The translations under genes were made by a program, and so were the position numbers. From NCBI GenBank assembly GCA_017406805.1, contig JAFQXU010000001.1, forward strand, positions 7,423-71,422: a DNA stretch of 64,000 bases, read 5' to 3'. This DNA is from Clostridia bacterium. GTDB taxonomy: Bacteria; Bacillota; Clostridia; Oscillospirales; Acutalibacteraceae. Every line of letters starts with the position of its first letter. Position 1 is the first letter of the stretch. Positions 28,316 to 37,836 of the stretch are shown piece after piece. The notes below the pieces were generated by a model. The model was given only the letters and a program-made list of their open reading frames with translations, had not been told where the DNA came from and did no database searches.

Positions 28316-30679
28316 TTAAATTATCCATGTTTCGCTATCACTTTCCTCACTGCTAACTCCAAATATTTCATTATAATTTCTTTCTGATAATATATTTACA
28401 CTATAGTTTTCATTTAAATATCTGGGGTCATAATCCAAATTCTTATATTCATTTTCATAAAGACTCACGGTATATCTCTGCAACTTCTTAATTATCTTCA
28501 TTTTTTCAAAAAAATTCTTATCCGCATAAAGCTCCGCTATTAATTTTCCGGAATCCTTATAGTAAACTATAAAATCCTCTTTTTCGCCGTCTGTAATAAC
28601 CTCAAATTCTCTTCCAGCAGTTTTCGGAGCTTGCATCATAAATGGCTCGATTTTGTTTTGCCTTACAAATTCATTATGGCAATCATTTGTATTTACCGAT
28701 AAAAGCTCTAGAATACTACTGTTAAATTTACTATTATTTATCGGGTAAGTCATTTCACCTCTTCTTGAACCAAAATACTCATTATAATATTTATCCATAA
28801 TTTCTTTTGAAAAAATATACTCATTATTTTCTTCTATCTTCTTTTTAAACAGATGAAAAATATTTTGGCTTTTTCTTTTTCCGAATTTTATATCTTCAAG
28901 AGACCCCAAATTTTCAAATTCTTCAAAAAACTTAACTACATAAAGTTTCCCTTTTTTGGGAGCATATTCATTGTTACGATTGCACCTACCACAAGACTGA
29001 ATAATACTATCCATACCGCACATAGAACGCACAACAGTCTGAAATGAAATATCAACACCCGCCTCAATAAGCTGTGTACTTACACATATAATTTTTTCGC
29101 CGCCTTTAAGGGATTGTCTTATATGATTTTCCAAAACATCATTTCGATGTTGCGCACACATGTTTGTACTCAAATAATAAACTTTATAATCACTGAATTC
29201 CCGGTTCAACTTCTTGTAAATTTTCAAAGCGCATTTTTTGGTGTTTACTATTATCAAACAATTTAAATCTATTTTATCTTTTATAAAATTGGTAAATTCA
29301 TCTTCATTTTTGAAAATATCATTTACTAAATGCGAGGATACCCTGGTAGGTAATTTATCTAAATGAACATCAATACTTTTTATATCTTGTATTTTATAAC
29401 TAAGCTCATCAAAAGGCGGTTGAGTTGCCGAACACAAAACCACGTCCGCGTCACAAATTTTTGACAGAAAATTAATTGCCAAATTAAAAATATAAGTACA
29501 CTTTATTGGCAAAAATTGAATCTCATCTATTATAATTACTGAATTACTTAAAGTATGGAATCTCTGTATATCTTCACGCCTTCCTCCAAAAAGGCAATTT
29601 AAAAATCGTACCGCAGATGTAGCAATTACCGGACTATCCCAATTTTTAATTTTACATTCATATGTTTCATTTGCTGTTTTATCGCTTTCGTCACTAATTA
29701 CATTGCAATGATGTTCCAAAACATTTTCATCTCCAGCAACATCTTTCAAATCTTTAGCGTTTTGTTCCAAAATAGAATTAAAAGGCGCTATATAGAAAAT
29801 ATGATCTTTATTTTTTCGTCTGCATTTTTCAATCGCAAATCTTAGCGAACTCAAAGTTTTCCCCATCCCTGTAGGAACAGCCAATCTATAAATATTAGGC
29901 TTTTTATCTTGCGATGCTTCAAAACATTTATTTGAAATCTCGGAACGTAAATTGTCTATTTCTGTTTTATTTTCAAACATATTCAGTTTCTTATTTAATT
30001 TTTGGCTAAATTTATTCCATGTCTCTTTCTTGCTATCTTTAGAAACAAAATCTATACCATTTTCGAAGTTTGCGGCATCTGTACCATCAGCATCAATTAG
30101 CACTGACATCAAATACCTTGCAATCATGTTTATATAAAAATCACATTCCAGCTTTGATATATTTGAAAACTTTTCTTTAACATTTAAAAATAATTTTTCT
30201 ATATCTTTACAAATATTTATAACCTTTTCTTCAAGTTCAGATTTGCTCATTTGCTTATCAAAAAAGCACTTACAAATATTGTCACAATCGTAATTTTTTC
30301 TGAAATCCATAATCCTATCTTCTTGCCTAACATGAAAATCATTTGGCGAGACAAAATCATCAATCCCATGGTGGCACATAACTACATTATTTATTAATTC
30401 TCTTACCAATGGATAGTACTTATCCTCAATATTCAAATCATCAAAAATAAGCCCCGAAGCAATGGCGTGTTTTACACTTCCACGTTTTAAACAGTCGCCT
30501 TCTTCAATGTATTTTTGAAACTTTTCGGAATACTTGCCTACATCGTGAACCGCTCCTATCAATTTAACAATCTCATTTAAACACTTAATCCCATTTAAAC
30601 TATACGATATTTTTGCAACATTTTTACAGTGCTCATCTACACTTTGTAACCTATCATTATATTTATGCGCTATATACAT
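28316..30679 (-). CDS. cas3: Cas3 helicase-nuclease (HD plus SF2 helicase)
   Basis: N-terminal HD motifs (VDEHCKNV..., GAVHDVGKYSEKFQ), Walker A PTGMGKT, DEIQ box. 787 aa. Confidence 0.92.
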   Translation of the reverse strand: MYIAHKYNDRLQSVDEHCKNVAKISYSLNGIKCLNEIVKLIGAVHDVGKYSEKFQKYIEEGDCLKRGSVKHAIASGLIFDDLNIEDKYYPLVRELINNVVMCHHGIDDFVSPNDFHVRQEDRIMDFRKNYDCDNICKCFFDKQMSKSELEEKVINICKDIEKLFLNVKEKFSNISKLECDFYINMIARYLMSVLIDADGTDAANFENGIDFVSKDSKKETWNKFSQKLNKKLNMFENKTEIDNLRSEISNKCFEASQDKKPNIYRLAVPTGMGKTLSSLRFAIEKCRRKNKDHIFYIAPFNSILEQNAKDLKDVAGDENVLEHHCNVISDESDKTANETYECKIKNWDSPVIATSAVRFLNCLFGGRREDIQRFHTLSNSVIIIDEIQFLPIKCTYIFNLAINFLSKICDADVVLCSATQPPFDELSYKIQDIKSIDVHLDKLPTRVSSHLVNDIFKNEDEFTNFIKDKIDLNCLIIVNTKKCALKIYKKLNREFSDYKVYYLSTNMCAQHRNDVLENHIRQSLKGGEKIICVSTQLIEAGVDISFQTVVRSMCGMDSIIQSCGRCNRNNEYAPKKGKLYVVKFFEEFENLGSLEDIKFGKRKSQNIFHLFKKKIEENNEYIFSKEIMDKYYNEYFGSRRGEMTYPINNSKFNSSILELLSVNTNDCHNEFVRQNKIEPFMMQAPKTAGREFEVITDGEKEDFIVYYKDSGKLIAELYADKNFFEKMKIIKKLQRYTVSLYENEYKNLDYDPRYLNENYSVNILSERNYNEIFGVSSEESDSETWII

Positions 30680-31515
30680 AATATCCTCCCTATCTTAATT
30701 TGCATGTTCTTACAATTTTTATAAAATAAGATATATAAAATTAGATATTATTTTTCAAAGCTTCAACCACCTGTTTTATTTTGGCAAACATAAGTTTGGG
30801 ACGCTCAGTCAAAAATTTTTCGTAAGACATATTTCCCCAACCATAAGATAGTAAATTCCTTCTTCCATTTTGATTATATCTTCGGAGCTTTTGTTCTTAC
30901 ATATTATCGGGATAATAAACAACCAGCAACTGATCAAGAATTCCCATTTTATCCTTCCAATCTATAAAAAACATAGTTTGCCATACGGTTTAACCGACTT
31001 TTAGAAAACAAAACATTTGCATTTAAAATATTAAGTGCTGCAATATACGCATTCCATTCATTATTTTCCCGCTTTTTTATTAAACTAAAAATGTAATAAT
31101 TGAACAATAATATAAAAAATTTATACAATTTTATATAAATATGTTTTATGCTACCACATTTAATATTTATTGTCAAATAAAAATATTAATTATGTATAAA
31201 TAAATTAAAAAATAGCACCATATCACAAAAGCTCCATGTGCTTAAAATATAGCGCTAATTAATTTTGTTTCTTATTTAATTTGTCAAGAATTAAAAAAAT
31301 CTACCAATATATGGAATCAACAATAGAAAAGTAACAATATTTTAAAAATCTATATAAAAAATATCTCTTTCAAAAACATGATTTTTCATTTTTTCTATAA
31401 ATTATAAAAAAACAGCTCCATATAATTTGGAAACCGTTTTTTAAAATAAGTATTAAAACCAAACTGTTACCACAAAAAAATTTTTGAAATAGATAGTGTT
31501 CGTTTTATACTCTGT

Positions 31516-31868
31516 TGGTGGAGGCGAGGGGAATTGAACCCCTGTCCGAAAAACAGACTATTTAAGCTTTCTACGAGTGTATCTAATGATCATTATTTCC
31601 CCATAAAGCAAGTTCATTAGAAAACTTGAGCTGCAGGTATTCTCTAATTCATGACCAAAGCCGAGAACATCTTTGATTCACGTTCACCGCTAATTCGTCA
31701 TCTTACAATAGTCGCGGTTACCTAAAGTAAAATGTCTGCCTATTTAATTAAGCAGCAGCTAATTCTGTTGTGTTTCCGTTTAATTGGAAAGTTGTGACTT
31801 TTAAAGCAGTTCCACATTGCTACTCGCTTACTTAAACTTCTATTCCCCGTCGAAGCCGTTACGCCCCC
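31516..31868 (-). ncRNA. ssrA: tmRNA (SsrA)
   Basis: The minus strand starts GGGGGCGTAACGGCTTCGACGGGG and ends GGACAGGGGTTCAATTCCCCTCGCCTCCACCA. An internal tag frame reads ...GNTTELAAA-stop. Confidence 0.93.
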
Positions 31869-31885
31869 ATAATATATATTATATA

Positions 31886-32395
31886 CTAAAATGATGCACT
31901 ATTATGCTCATCGTATATAACATTAAGCGCTAAAGCTATAACGCAGATACAAATCGAAGTATAGTTTTCATCTAAAATTTCCGCTGTGTACTTCCCTTTC
32001 AGCCAGTTTCTTATTATAGTTTTACATTTTAAAACCATAATTAACTCATCATTTTTATAAAGACGCATTTTTCTGTCTCTCATACTTCGGGTCAAATACA
32101 TTTCTTTATTCTCGCCAATGAATATTCCTTCACCCTTTTGAACTTTAACTTTAGCTTTTTTACCTGTTTCCAAGTTATTAATCACATAATCGTTTACCAT
32201 CATAAATTTTCTTTTTAAATCTTCTTCGTAAAGCACTTCGCCGATGATTCTATTTTCCCTGTTTTTTACTTTCATTTTAAAATGCTCTTCGTCTTTTGTT
32301 TCAATATTCACTGTATATGCAGGAGTCTCCATATCACTTTCTTCGTAAATTTTCAATTTTCCGGTTCTGATTTGACCCGTAAAATTCAGCTTCAT
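31886..32395 (-). CDS. LURP-one-related/tubby-C-like (DUF567-like) protein, paralog 1
   Basis: 169 aa. Beta-rich pattern with a C-terminal hydrophobic helix (ICICVIALALNVIYDE), as in bacterial LOR/scramblase-like proteins. Close paralog of the next gene. Confidence 0.4.
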   Translation of the reverse strand: MKLNFTGQIRTGKLKIYEESDMETPAYTVNIETKDEEHFKMKVKNRENRIIGEVLYEEDLKRKFMMVNDYVINNLETGKKAKVKVQKGEGIFIGENKEMYLTRSMRDRKMRLYKNDELIMVLKCKTIIRNWLKGKYTAEILDENYTSICICVIALALNVIYDEHNSASF

Positions 32396-32442
32396 AAAAC
32401 TTCCTCCTAAAAGCGCATACAGCCTATTATTTCCACTAAATT

Positions 32443-32958
32443 TTATACAGTAAGTGAAGTACAGTTATGCTCATCAAATATAACATTGAGTACTATAATT
32501 ATAACACAAACACAAAGGGAAGTATAGCTTTCATCTAAAATTTCTGCTGTGTAATCCCCTCTGAGCCAATTTCTTAAAATTGTTTTGCATTTTAAATTCA
32601 TAATTAATTTATCATTTTTGTAAAGACGCATTTTTCGATCTCTTATACTGCGTTCCAAATACATTTCTTTATTTTCACCGATAAATAATTTTTCGCCTAT
32701 TTTTGCTTTAACCTTAGTTTGCTCCCCTGTTTCAAGATTATTTATTGTATAATCGCTTACCATCATGAATTTTCTTTTAACTTCTTCTTGATAAAGAATT
32801 TCACTTATCAGTTTATTTTCTTTATTTTTTACTTTCATTTTAAAGTGCTGTCTATCTTCCGTTTCCACATTTATGGTATATGCCGGATTTTCCATATCGT
32901 TTTCTTCGTAAATTTTTAATTTCCCTGTATCGATTTGTCCAACAAATCTCAGTTTCAT
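32443..32958 (-). CDS. LURP-one-related/tubby-C-like (DUF567-like) protein, paralog 2
   Basis: 171 aa, colinear with and highly similar to 31886-32395 (MKL.F.GQI.TGKLKIYEE.DME.PAYT.N.ET...). Confidence 0.4.
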   Translation of the reverse strand: MKLRFVGQIDTGKLKIYEENDMENPAYTINVETEDRQHFKMKVKNKENKLISEILYQEEVKRKFMMVSDYTINNLETGEQTKVKAKIGEKLFIGENKEMYLERSIRDRKMRLYKNDKLIMNLKCKTILRNWLRGDYTAEILDESYTSLCVCVIIIVLNVIFDEHNCTSLTV

Positions 32959-32997
32959 AAAACTTCCTCCTTAAAAAACCAAAAAACAGTGCTATTT

Positions 32998-33465
32998 TTA
33001 ATAACGATTGTTTTCTTTAAACGCGCGTTCCATATCACGCCGCGCAGAACGCTCTGCCAACACACTTCTTTTATCGTGCAGCTTTTTACCTTTGCAAAGG
33101 CCAATTTGAACTTTAACTCTCGATCCCTTAAAATAAAGCGAAATTGGTATAATTGATATTCCATCTTGCTTTACCATGCCGTAAAGTTTAAGTATTTCTT
33201 TTTTATGCATCAGAATTTTGCGCACTCTTAACGAGTCAACATTAAATATATTACCCTGTTCATACGCTCCAATATGTATTCCGTTGGCAAATAATTCTCC
33301 TTTTACAATAGAACACCACGAATCTTTTAAATTAACATTTCCTTTTCTCAAGGATTTTACTTCTGTTCCCTTAAGCTCGATTCCACCCTCGAAACTTTCT
33401 ATTATAAAATAATCATGAAAGGCTTTTTTATTTTTAGCTATTGTTTTTAACATTTCTTTGCTCAT
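32998..33465 (-). CDS. smpB: SsrA-binding protein SmpB
   Basis: KTIAKNKKAFHDYFIIESFEGGIELKGTEVKSLR... is the SmpB pattern. ATG at 33465 follows AAGGTGAT. Confidence 0.92.
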   Translation of the reverse strand: MSKEMLKTIAKNKKAFHDYFIIESFEGGIELKGTEVKSLRKGNVNLKDSWCSIVKGELFANGIHIGAYEQGNIFNVDSLRVRKILMHKKEILKLYGMVKQDGISIIPISLYFKGSRVKVQIGLCKGKKLHDKRSVLAERSARRDMERAFKENNRY

Positions 33466-33618
33466 TTTTATCACCTTCGCGATTTTAATTTTATCAATTT
33501 AATCTTTTTGTGTCAATAAAATTTTAAAAAACATTTCTGATATTTTGGCTTTTTCATGCGGTTTATAGGCATCAAGTTTTAAAAATTACAAAAAATTTAA
33601 AAAATATTACAAAAAGTG

Positions 33619-33647
33619 TTGACAATTGTAATTTTTAGTGATACAAT
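33619..33647 (+). promoter_or_regulatory. Sigma-70-type promoter (TTGACA-17 nt-TACAAT)
   Basis: TTGACA at 33619-33624 and TACAAT at 33642-33647. Confidence 0.6.
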
Positions 33648-33702
33648 AATAATAGGTTAATTGATAATTAACCAAATACAAATTGAAAAGGATGGTACTA
33701 TT

Positions 33703-34035
33703 ATGACCAACGAAAAAAATCTAGCAAAAAGTCTTATTATCAGTGCTTCAATTATCGGAGGTTCAATACTTCTCACAGGAGGTCTCGGCATTTTATCCCA
33801 CTTCATAGGCGGACACAAAAAACCTCAACCGCACATAAACAACACATGCTGCGAAAGAAGAATTCCAAACGAACACGAAAGCTTTAAAAAAGACGGCAAA
33901 ATGCCAAATCACGGCCACATGAAAAATCGTGAAAATGCTCCGGAATTTAAAGGCGAAAAGAAAGACCACAACCCCCAAGAAAATAAAAACGACAAACCAA
34001 AAAGCGACGAAAACAAACCAAAATCCAATGCTTAA
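33703..34035 (+). CDS. Small membrane protein with a His/Lys/Pro/Asn-rich tail
   Basis: One TM segment (LIISASIIGGSILLTGGLGILSHFIGG), then a low-complexity basic tail. ATG at 33703 follows AAGGATGG. Confidence 0.45.
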   Translation: MTNEKNLAKSLIISASIIGGSILLTGGLGILSHFIGGHKKPQPHINNTCCERRIPNEHESFKKDGKMPNHGHMKNRENAPEFKGEKKDHNPQENKNDKPKSDENKPKSNA

Positions 34036-34059
34036 ATTTTAAAACCGGATCAAATGAAA

Positions 34060-34096
34060 ATCCCTATCACTATTTTATGATAGGGATATCTTATTT
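34060..34096. terminator. Bidirectional terminator
   Basis: Perfect 9-bp stem TCCCTATCA/TGATAGGGA between convergent genes, with a T-run downstream. Confidence 0.65.
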
Positions 34097-34336
34097 TTAG
34101 GCTTTGCTTTTACGAACTACTGCTGCTTTTTTTCTAGCGGCAGTGTTTTTATGAAGAATACCTTTTGAAACAGATTGGTCTATCTTTTTTATTGCAGCTT
34201 TTACTGCTACTTCTTCTGCACCTTCTGCCATTGCATTTTTTATAAGTGTTCTAAGTTCTGACTTATATGCTTTGTTTCTTTCTGTTTTTGTTTTTATAAC
34301 CTTTACTCTTTTTTTAGCAGATTTTATATTCGGCAT
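34097..34336 (-). CDS. rpsT: 30S ribosomal protein S20
   Basis: MPNIKSAKKRVKV... is a canonical S20 N-terminus. 79 aa. Confidence 0.93.
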   Translation of the reverse strand: MPNIKSAKKRVKVIKTKTERNKAYKSELRTLIKNAMAEGAEEVAVKAAIKKIDQSVSKGILHKNTAARKKAAVVRKSKA

Positions 34337-34367
34337 AGTTTACTTTTCCTCCTTTTAATAATTTTGA

Positions 34368-35228
34368 TTACCGTTTATCTCCAAAAAAGACAACCGCCAA
34401 TGTTCCCGGCCCAACGTGGGCACCTATCATAGAACCAATATTATTAATAACAAAATTTTTAACTTTTAGTTTTTCTTTTATTTTATTTGCAAAATCTTTT
34501 GCTTCTTCTTCGCAATCCCCGTGAACAACATAAAGAGTTTGCGAACAAACATCTTTGGCGTGTTTTTCTATTTGCAAAATCATATATTCGGCCGCTTTCG
34601 ATTTTCCTCTGACTTTTTCCACAACTTTAAGTTTTCCAAAATCATCAAGGATTAATATTGGCTTGATATTCATCATACTACCAAGCAAAGCCACCGACTG
34701 CGGAATTCTGCCTCCACGCTGCAAATGTTTTAAATCATCAACCATAATCCAATGGCATATATTCAGCTTGTTTTTTTCTGCCCAATCTGCAAGTTCTTCC
34801 AAATCGGCTCCATTATTCTTTTTTAACGCCATTTCGTAAACCAGTACGCCTTCGCCAATCGAAGCACAAAGGGAATCAATCACAACTATTTTGCACCCCG
34901 GGTAAGAATTCATAACATCTTTTGCGGCAATTAGTGCTGAATTGTATGTACCGCTAAGACCCGAAGAAAAACAAACGTATAAAATATCTTTTCCTTCTTT
35001 TGCAAACTTGCTAAATTGCTCGGTATAAACCGACGGACTGATTTGCGACGTTGTAGGGACAATTTTATTCCTAAGTTTTTCGTAAAAATCTTTTGGGCTC
35101 ATGCTTCCATCTACAAAAACTTTTTCCTCCATAACAAAAGTCATGGGAATAACTTCAATATTTAATGTTTTCAAAATTTTTACAGGTAAATCTATTGTAG
35201 AATCAGTCATTAATACATAATCTTTCAT
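34368..35228 (-). CDS. DegV family fatty-acid-binding protein
   Basis: 286 aa. VLMTDSTIDLP...TSQISP...SSGLSGTY... is the DegV pattern. Confidence 0.85.
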   Translation of the reverse strand: MKDYVLMTDSTIDLPVKILKTLNIEVIPMTFVMEEKVFVDGSMSPKDFYEKLRNKIVPTTSQISPSVYTEQFSKFAKEGKDILYVCFSSGLSGTYNSALIAAKDVMNSYPGCKIVVIDSLCASIGEGVLVYEMALKKNNGADLEELADWAEKNKLNICHWIMVDDLKHLQRGGRIPQSVALLGSMMNIKPILILDDFGKLKVVEKVRGKSKAAEYMILQIEKHAKDVCSQTLYVVHGDCEEEAKDFANKIKEKLKVKNFVINNIGSMIGAHVGPGTLAVVFFGDKR

Positions 35229-35322
35229 ATAATCACCATATAAAACCTTTACATCAAATTAGAAGTGCTTTACAAAAACTCAAGCCGCACGCTGAATATA
35301 TAACGTTTTAGTATAAAAAATA

Positions 35323-35724
35323 CTAACGTTTTGAGAATTGCGGTGCTTTTCTTGCTTTTTTAAGTCCGTATTTCTTACGTTCTTTCATTCTTGGGTCACG
35401 CGTTAAGAAACCGGCTTTTTTCAAACTAAGTTTGAATTTTTCTGAATCGCATTCAAGAAGAGCTCTTGCAATACCATGTCTGATTGCTCCTGCTTGACCG
35501 GCAACCCCACCGCCTGTTACATTACAGACTATATCAAATTTATTTTGATTTTCTGTAAGTACTAACGGCTGGCGAACAATAACTTTTAAAGTTTCAAGGC
35601 CAAAATATTCATCTATATCTCTGCCGTTTATAGTGATTTTTCCTGCGCCTTTGTATAGTCTTACTCTTGCTACGGAACTTTTTCTTCTACCTGTTCCATA
35701 AAAGAAAGGAGTTTTATTATACAT
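35323..35724 (-). CDS. rpsI: 30S ribosomal protein S9
   Basis: [14 protein letters not shown]...[19 protein letters not shown]...[26 protein letters not shown]. Confidence 0.95.
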   Translation of the reverse strand: MYNKTPFFYGTGRRKSSVARVRLYKGAGKITINGRDIDEYFGLETLKVIVRQPLVLTENQNKFDIVCNVTGGGVAGQAGAIRHGIARALLECDSEKFKLSLKKAGFLTRDPRMKERKKYGLKKARKAPQFSKR

Positions 35725-36167
35725 TATTTACTTCCCTCCAAATCTTTCCATAATTCCGGCTTTTGTGCCGAGTGTTTGTGGTCTGAACCAACAACTGCAC
35801 GCAGTCTTACAATTTGTGATCTTCCAAGAGAATTCTTTTGAAGCATTCCTTTAACTGCTAAGTGCATAGCTTTTTCAGGGTTTGTTTTCATAAGTGTGTC
35901 GTACCTTACACTCTTTAGGTTTCCCACATAACCTGTGTGATGATAATGATATTTTTGTGTTAGCTTTTTTCCTGTCAGAATAGCTTTTTCACAGTTAATG
36001 ATAATTACATGATCTCCGCAATCAACGTGTGGTGCATAAGTCGGCTTGTTTTTTCCGCGAAGTAAATTTGCGGCTATAACGGCTGTTCTGCCCAGTGGTT
36101 TTCCTGCAGCGTCTATAATATACCATTTGCGCTCTACCGCGCCTTTTTTAGGCATGTATGTAGACAT
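35724..36167 (-). CDS. rplM: 50S ribosomal protein L13
   Basis: [16 protein letters not shown]...[15 protein letters not shown]... The stop overlaps the rpsI start (TAATG). Confidence 0.95.
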   Translation of the reverse strand: MSTYMPKKGAVERKWYIIDAAGKPLGRTAVIAANLLRGKNKPTYAPHVDCGDHVIIINCEKAILTGKKLTQKYHYHHTGYVGNLKSVRYDTLMKTNPEKAMHLAVKGMLQKNSLGRSQIVRLRAVVGSDHKHSAQKPELWKDLEGSK

Positions 36168-36398
36168 TTTTCTTCCTCCTATTTTTATTTTTTACTATTA
36201 AATAATAACATTTTCCGAGCGCACTTGTCAATAAAAATTTAATTTCTTTTGGGCGAATCTCTTTTTTACTCTTTATTTTTATATAAAAACTCTTTTTATC
36301 TCATTTTTGAATTTTATTTTGTTTATTTTTAGCTATCCTTTAAAATACAAAAATTTTGTTGTATAATTAATATTGATAAGATTTAAGGAGAGATTTTT

Positions 36399-37835
36399 AT
36401 GGCCAAAAACGAAAAACAAGTTAAAGAAATAACCTCGATGGATGAAGATTTTGCCAAATGGTACACCGATATTGTAAAAAAAGCCGAACTTATGGACTAT
36501 TCCAGCGTTAAAGGCTGCATGGTGATTGAGCCTTACGGCTATGCAATTTGGGAAAACATGGTAGCAATTCTTGACAAAAAATTCAAAGAGCTTGGACATC
36601 AAAATGTATCTATGCCGATGTTTATTCCTGAAAGTTTACTGCAAAAAGAAAAAGATCATATAGAAGGATTCGCACCGGAAGTTGCATGGGTAACACACGG
36701 CGGCGAAGAAAAACTGCAAGAGCGCCTTTGTGTACGCCCAACTTCCGAAACGCTTTTTTGCGAACACTACGCAAAAGTGGTCCATTCTTGGAGGGACTTG
36801 CCAAAACTTTACAACCAATGGTGCAGCGTTGTTCGCTGGGAAAAAACCACAAGGCCTTTCCTGCGTTCGACTGAAATCAATTGGCAAGAAGGCCACACAA
36901 TCCATGAAACACCAGAAGAAGCCATAAAAGAAACCATGCAAATGCTGGAAGTTTACTATGATTTCTTTAAAGATTGCCTTGCAATACCCGCAATCAAAGG
37001 GCAAAAAACCGAAAGCGAAAAATTTGCCGGGGCCAAATCAACATACACAATAGAAGCTTTAATGCACGACGGAAAAGCCCTCCAATCCGCAACAAGCCAT
37101 TATTTTGGCGACCATTTTGCCAAAACTTTTAATATAGAATTCCAAAACCGTGACAATAAACCACAAAATCCATACCAAACCTCTTGGGGCTGCTCAACAA
37201 GAATGATTGGCGCAATAATTATGGCTCACGGCGATGACAGAGGCCTTGTTTTGCCGCCAAAAGTAGCACCAATTCAAGCGGTTATCATTCCTATTGCAAT
37301 GCAAAAAGAGGGTGTGCTTGAAAAAGCAAACGAACTTAAAAGCCGCCTTGAAAAAATTTGCAGGGTTAAAGTTGACGACACAGAAAAATCGCCCGGATGG
37401 AAATTCTCCGAGTATGAAATGCGCGGGGTACCGCTTAGAATTGAAATCGGCCCAAAAGACATCGAAAAAAATCAATGCGTAATTGTCAGAAGAGATAATT
37501 TGGAAAAAACTTTTGTAAATCTTGATGACTTAGAAACGGCGATTCCGGAAATGCTTAAAAAAGTTCACGACGAAATGTATGAAAAAGCCCTAAAGCGCAG
37601 AAATGAAATGACGCACGAGGCACATGACTTTGAAGAATTTAAAAACATCGCCAAAAACGAAACCGGGTTCATAAAAGCTATGTGGTGTGGCAATGAAGCA
37701 TGCGAGAAAAAAGCCAAAGAAGAGACATCTTTCACATCCAGATGTATAAAAGACGAAGAAAAAACAATCGGCGACAAATGCGCAATATGCGGGAAACCCG
37801 CAAAACATCTTGTTTACTGGGCAAAAGCATATTAA
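36399..37835 (+). CDS. proS: Proline--tRNA ligase (archaeal/eukaryote-like short form)
   Basis: 478 aa with N-terminal [35 protein letters not shown], class II motifs, and a C-terminal Zn-binding tail ending in Y. Confidence 0.92.
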   Translation: MAKNEKQVKEITSMDEDFAKWYTDIVKKAELMDYSSVKGCMVIEPYGYAIWENMVAILDKKFKELGHQNVSMPMFIPESLLQKEKDHIEGFAPEVAWVTHGGEEKLQERLCVRPTSETLFCEHYAKVVHSWRDLPKLYNQWCSVVRWEKTTRPFLRSTEINWQEGHTIHETPEEAIKETMQMLEVYYDFFKDCLAIPAIKGQKTESEKFAGAKSTYTIEALMHDGKALQSATSHYFGDHFAKTFNIEFQNRDNKPQNPYQTSWGCSTRMIGAIIMAHGDDRGLVLPPKVAPIQAVIIPIAMQKEGVLEKANELKSRLEKICRVKVDDTEKSPGWKFSEYEMRGVPLRIEIGPKDIEKNQCVIVRRDNLEKTFVNLDDLETAIPEMLKKVHDEMYEKALKRRNEMTHEAHDFEEFKNIAKNETGFIKAMWCGNEACEKKAKEETSFTSRCIKDEEKTIGDKCAICGKPAKHLVYWAKAY

Positions 37836-37836
37836 A

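Noticed and set aside
36168-36398. Possible T-box leader upstream of proS (also 53694-54002 upstream of tyrS) and L13 leader upstream of rplM
   Set aside because: Neither leader contains a T-box sequence (no GGTGGTACCGCG-like element), a specifier-loop architecture or a terminator/antiterminator pair. The leaders are AT-rich and unstructured.
36333-36602. 89-aa minus-strand ORF overlapping the proS start
   Set aside because: It is antisense to the highly conserved proS 5' region and has no RBS. It is an artefact.
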